A DNA stretch of 63,968 nucleotides, counting the filler, from Pirum gemmata (lineage: Eukaryota): assembly GCA_002812295.1 (NCBI GenBank). It is 25 parts of 25 records of this genome, joined end to end, with 100 filler letters (N's around TTAATTAATTAA, not from the genome) between each part and the next. Parts side by side here need not be neighbours in the genome. Positions count along the whole stretch, not along the records: positions 59,660 to 61,900 come from PDIN01007605.1; positions 62,001 to 63,968 come from PDIN01007619.1; 23 more parts are not named here. One strand, given 5' to 3'. Positions 60,312-63,968 of the stretch are shown here, piece after piece; the stretch's first letter is position 1; each line of letters begins with the position of its first letter. The position numbers and the translations under genes were made by a program. The notes beneath the pieces are model-generated. The model saw only the letters and a list, made by a program, of their open reading frames with translations, had not been told where the DNA came from and did no database searches.

Positions 60312-61761
60312 TACTTCTAAATCATAAAACTTATTATGATATCTATGGCTAAATTACATCATGTCAGTCTATTATTAGACAAACTCAAGTTTGTATACTA
60401 AAAAAAATTCTTTTGATATCAATTAGTACTGCATAACTATTAATTAATGTGTGATTTAATTGATTTAGAATAGAATAAATTAATTAATTAAAAAAGAAGC
60501 AATACTGTTGGGATACTACAGAAACTGTAATAAATGAAATTTTTTATTTTTATTTTTTATTTATTTATTATTTATTTTTATTTTTTTTTATATTTTATCA
60601 ATAATATTTTTTTATCAATATTAATAACATTTTTTTAATATAATACTAGCTAGATATCGATGGTCAATTATTTCATTCATGTTGCTACTACTAGTACTAT
60701 AGTACTACTAGCTACTACTACTATTACTATTATTAATACTATTACTACGTATTAATAAAATTTATGAATCAATTGCAACAGCGACTGTTAGACATGTTAC
60801 ATGTATACAGTTCACTCAAACTTCACTCAATCCTCCCAATTCGCATTTTTCGCGTATTTTTCCGTGGTACTAAGCTTAAGTATCATAGGGTTAAGTAGTT
60901 AGAGGGACTCATCGTTTTTCCATGAGACCTACGGCCTGTAGAAACTGTATATATAATATTATTGTACTTTTCATTTATTTTGTCACTCTAAATATTTATT
61001 TGGTTGGTTATAATATTTAAATTGATGTACAATATATTAATACATTATAATTATATATTAAAATATATAAATATTATATTGATTTATAATAAATATTATT
61101 ATACTAGCTTGAAGTTAGCTAGACTACTGGCCATGGAATGATGCCTATTATTAAAATAATTAACAGCAAATATATATAGTATTAATAATAATACAAGAGT
61201 TATAAATAAATAAAGTAATTATAATAATTAATATTTTTTAATAATATATTAATAATACAATTAATTAATAATACAAGAGTTATCATATAAATAAAATATT
61301 ATGATAGAATCCTAATATTATTTGTATGTTCCACAGGAGGGGCATTAAATTTTATTGATGACTTTGACGTATTTTTTTTTGATAATGTTTTATCATAAAA
61401 AAAAAATAATACAATATACTGTAATTATGTTAGAAATATGATGTGATTAAATCACCCCCACGGGCCCCACCCAGTATTTTATCAATTTTGATTATTTATT
61501 TTGTGGCTATTTTTTTTTTTTACATACAAAAAAAATTAAAAATTATTAAAAACAAACAAACAAAATTAATTTTTTAAAATATTGTATCAAATTCATTTGA
61601 GATATACTATAGCATAATAGCACTGACTACTTTTGTAATTATTATTGTCTATTTTATCTAAAAAAATAGACTAGCTGAAAAACCATGAGCTAACCGTAAT
61701 ACATAACTCATTATAACTGTAACCATAATAACGTTAAAACCTTTTACACTCTTTTACGACC

Positions 61762-61900
61762 TTCAAATACTACGTAACGCCCATTTCCAGTCAAATACAG
61801 CTTCAAATAACCTTACCTACCTACCCCTCGACATTAATTTCCGGTCAAATACCACCTACCTACCTACCCCTTGACGTAACGTATTATTTGAACGCTCACT
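61762..61900 (+). mobile_element. MITE family C copy
   Basis: Aligns to 18754-18890; a partial reverse copy lies at 62001-62085. Confidence 0.8.
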
Positions 61901-62266
61901 NNNNNNNNNNNNNNNNNNNNNNNNNNNNNNNNNNNNNNNNNNNNTTAATTAATTAANNNNNNNNNNNNNNNNNNNNNNNNNNNNNNNNNNNNNNNNNNNN
62001 TAGGTAGGTAGGTGGTGTTTGACCAGAAATCAACGTCGAGGGGTAGGTAGGTAGGGGTATTTGAAGCTGTATTTGACTGGAAATTGAAAAAACGCTTTTT
62101 TGCACTAGCTAGAGGGTCTATCTGTAAGCTGTAGTAGGGTCTAGCTAGTCTAAGCTGTAGACAGTAGAAGGGGTCTAGCTAGACTCTAGCTAGTAGCTAG
62201 CTAGACTATAGAGGAGTCTAGCTAGTCAGTGCTTTTCACTTGTTTTGTCATCTGTTGTTTTGTCAT

Positions 62267-62538
62267 CTGGGGATAACCACTACCCTACGTCTATAAAACA
62301 AAACGCCTGTAATTTACGTAAAACTAAAGTCTAACCCTTATAATACAGCGGCCAATGAAAAAACTTTTTTTTATTCGCAATACCTTTCTTTATAAGATGT
62401 ATTATTTATTTTGATGGATCTTCGATATATATATTACCCTACGCTAGCTTGATCAAGGTGGCGGCCGTGGGCCGTGGCGTAGACTGCGTAGTCTAGCTCT
62501 AGAGTAGTAGTGGTTTTATCCAGAGTGATTATCCCCAG
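62267..62538. mobile_element. Nested TIR element (family I, ~270 bp)
   Basis: CTGGGGATAACCACT / AGTGATTATCCCCAG, 15-bp TIR with one mismatch. Confidence 0.65.
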
Positions 62539-62725
62539 GTTTAATTAACAAAAGAAGGCTTCGAGGTCCTCATCTCTTAGACAACTCCCCCTGCAAATCC
62601 CATATACAATAAATAGTATCAAACTAATTTAATATAGTTCTATTTAATTTAATTTGGCATATTTTATTATTTATTTATTTATTTATTTAAAAAGATTATA
62701 GACCTCCAAATAAATATTCAAAAGC

Positions 62726-62826
62726 GTTAGGGTTAGGGTTAGGGTTAGGGTTAGGGTTAGGGTTAGGGTTAGGGTTAGGGTTAGGGTTAGGGTTAGGGTT
62801 AGGGTTAGGGTTAGGGTTAGGGTTAG
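62726..62826. repeat. Perfect (TTAGGG) x ~16-17 array inside a MITE terminus
   Basis: 101 nt of uninterrupted repeat with family A sequence on both sides. Confidence 0.95.
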
Positions 62827-63372
62827 ATAAATGAAAAGCACGATAAGTTGTAAGTTGTATTAATAACAGCTGTTTGTAAGTTGTAACCCTCTGTGTTGTA
62901 ACCCATCCAGCCATCACTGTCCATCAAGTGTTAGCGAAGGAGGTTTGTTATATAGTCAGAGTTGATATTAATACTAGCTAGCTAGGTCTACTACTGTTGT
63001 TGTTATTGTTATTGACAGTTATTGCAACTGTTACTGCTATTATTGTTATTGTTATTGTTATTATTAATACAATTGTTATTGCTATATTGATATTTATTGT
63101 TGTTGTTTTAGTGTTATTGTTATTATTAGTGTGCTATTGTTAGTGTTAGTGTTATTATTATTATTAATTATTATTATTATTATTATTATTATTATCATAA
63201 CCAGAACTGTTAATAACGTTTTAACGTTGTTGTTGTTATTGATATTGTACAGTTATTGCAATTGTTATTGTTATTGTTATTGTTATTAATATTGTTATTA
63301 ATATTTTTTTACAATTGTTATAATATTGTTATTGTTATTTATTGTTATTATTATTGTTATTGTGTTATTGTG

Positions 63373-63392
63373 TTATTGTTTAGTGTTAATGC

Positions 63393-63455
<63 letters not shown>

Positions 63456-63966
63456 TATTATTATTATTATTATTATTATTATGAAGACGACGAAAAGAAA
63501 AACGATGATGATGATGGTGACGATGATGATTATCATTACAATGATCATTACCATCAACATCACTATTGTTACTATTAATATTAATATTACCGTTACTACT
63601 ATTAGAATCATTACTATTAATATCTATATCAGAATTAGTGTTAGTATTAACGCTAGTATTATTACCATTATTATTTTCATTACATTCAAAATCAGCATTG
63701 CTATCGCCAAAATTATGATCTATTGAACAAAGTTTGAACTTTTGGTTTAATTTTTGATGTATTTTACTAATTGTATTGGTACTGGCAAAGTCGTGTATCT
63801 TTTTAGTTATTTCAATAGGATGACTACAACAGGGAACTCTTTCTTTATCTTGATCATGCTCATTACTATCATTACTATCATTTACATATTTCTTATCATT
63901 ATCATTATCATTATTATTATCATCATCGTCATCATCATTATCATCATCATTATTATCATTATTATT
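63373..63966 (-). CDS. 5'-partial Asn/Asp-rich protein C-terminus
   Basis: Stop-free frame from the window edge: ..DSNEHDQDKERVPCCSHPIEITKKIHDFASTNTISKIHQKLNQKFKLCSIDHNFGD.. then poly-N and SINTKQ*; not reported in the ORF track. Confidence 0.5.
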
Positions 63967-63968
63967 AT

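Larger units (their letters stand above)
62229..62843 (-). mobile_element. MITE family A copy expanded by a nested TIR element and a TTAGGG array
   Basis: GTGCTTTTCACTTGTTTTGTCA at 62229, family A interior resumes ~62601, terminus ATAAATGAAAAGCACGA|TA at 62827-62845. Confidence 0.75.

Noticed and set aside
1..63968. Operon-like or defence-island reading of neighbouring genes (GHKL, GNAT, EsV-1-7, etc.)
   Set aside because: Each gene is on a separate contig joined artificially, so adjacency carries no information.

Overview
This is not a contiguous locus. It is about 25 short assembly contigs (mostly ~2.2 kb; a few joined by internal n/N gaps) concatenated with an artificial 100-nt linker (N-run, TTAATTAATTAA, N-run), so no gene-neighbourhood inference crosses a linker. 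The source is a very AT-rich eukaryote with GT-AG introns, the standard genetic code and TTAGGG-type repeats. A PH-C2 RasGAP-type gene and a Tyr-motif receptor suggest a unicellular holozoan such as an ichthyosporean (inference). Supported genes, several spliced by hand and absent from the ORF track: an alpha-amylase-like C-terminal domain fused to a PAN domain, PAM18/TIM14, a P5B ATPase, a ricin-B lectin protein, a TSP1/mucin/triple-repeat secreted protein, a PH-C2 RasGAP-type gene, a bacterial-type spondin_N protein, two related multi-TM (7TM-like) proteins, an EsV-1-7-repeat protein with a Q/H-rich tail, a disrupted GHKL ATPase, a GNAT, a single-pass Tyr-motif receptor, a YaaA C-terminus and an unknown secreted coiled-coil protein. 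Non-coding contigs hold at least eight short TIR (MITE-like) families, most flanked by TA. Three signals stand out. (1) Intergenic DNA appears built from nested TA-N(1-3)-TA words whose middle bases match the termini of resident TA-flanked MITEs, consistent with accumulated excision footprints. (2) TTAGGG arrays are inserted inside MITEs, introns and one ORF. (3) One contig has a 113-nt terminal overlap, implying a 2,129-bp circle or tandem unit that carries telomeric repeats. All homology calls come from motif recognition by eye; no searches were run.
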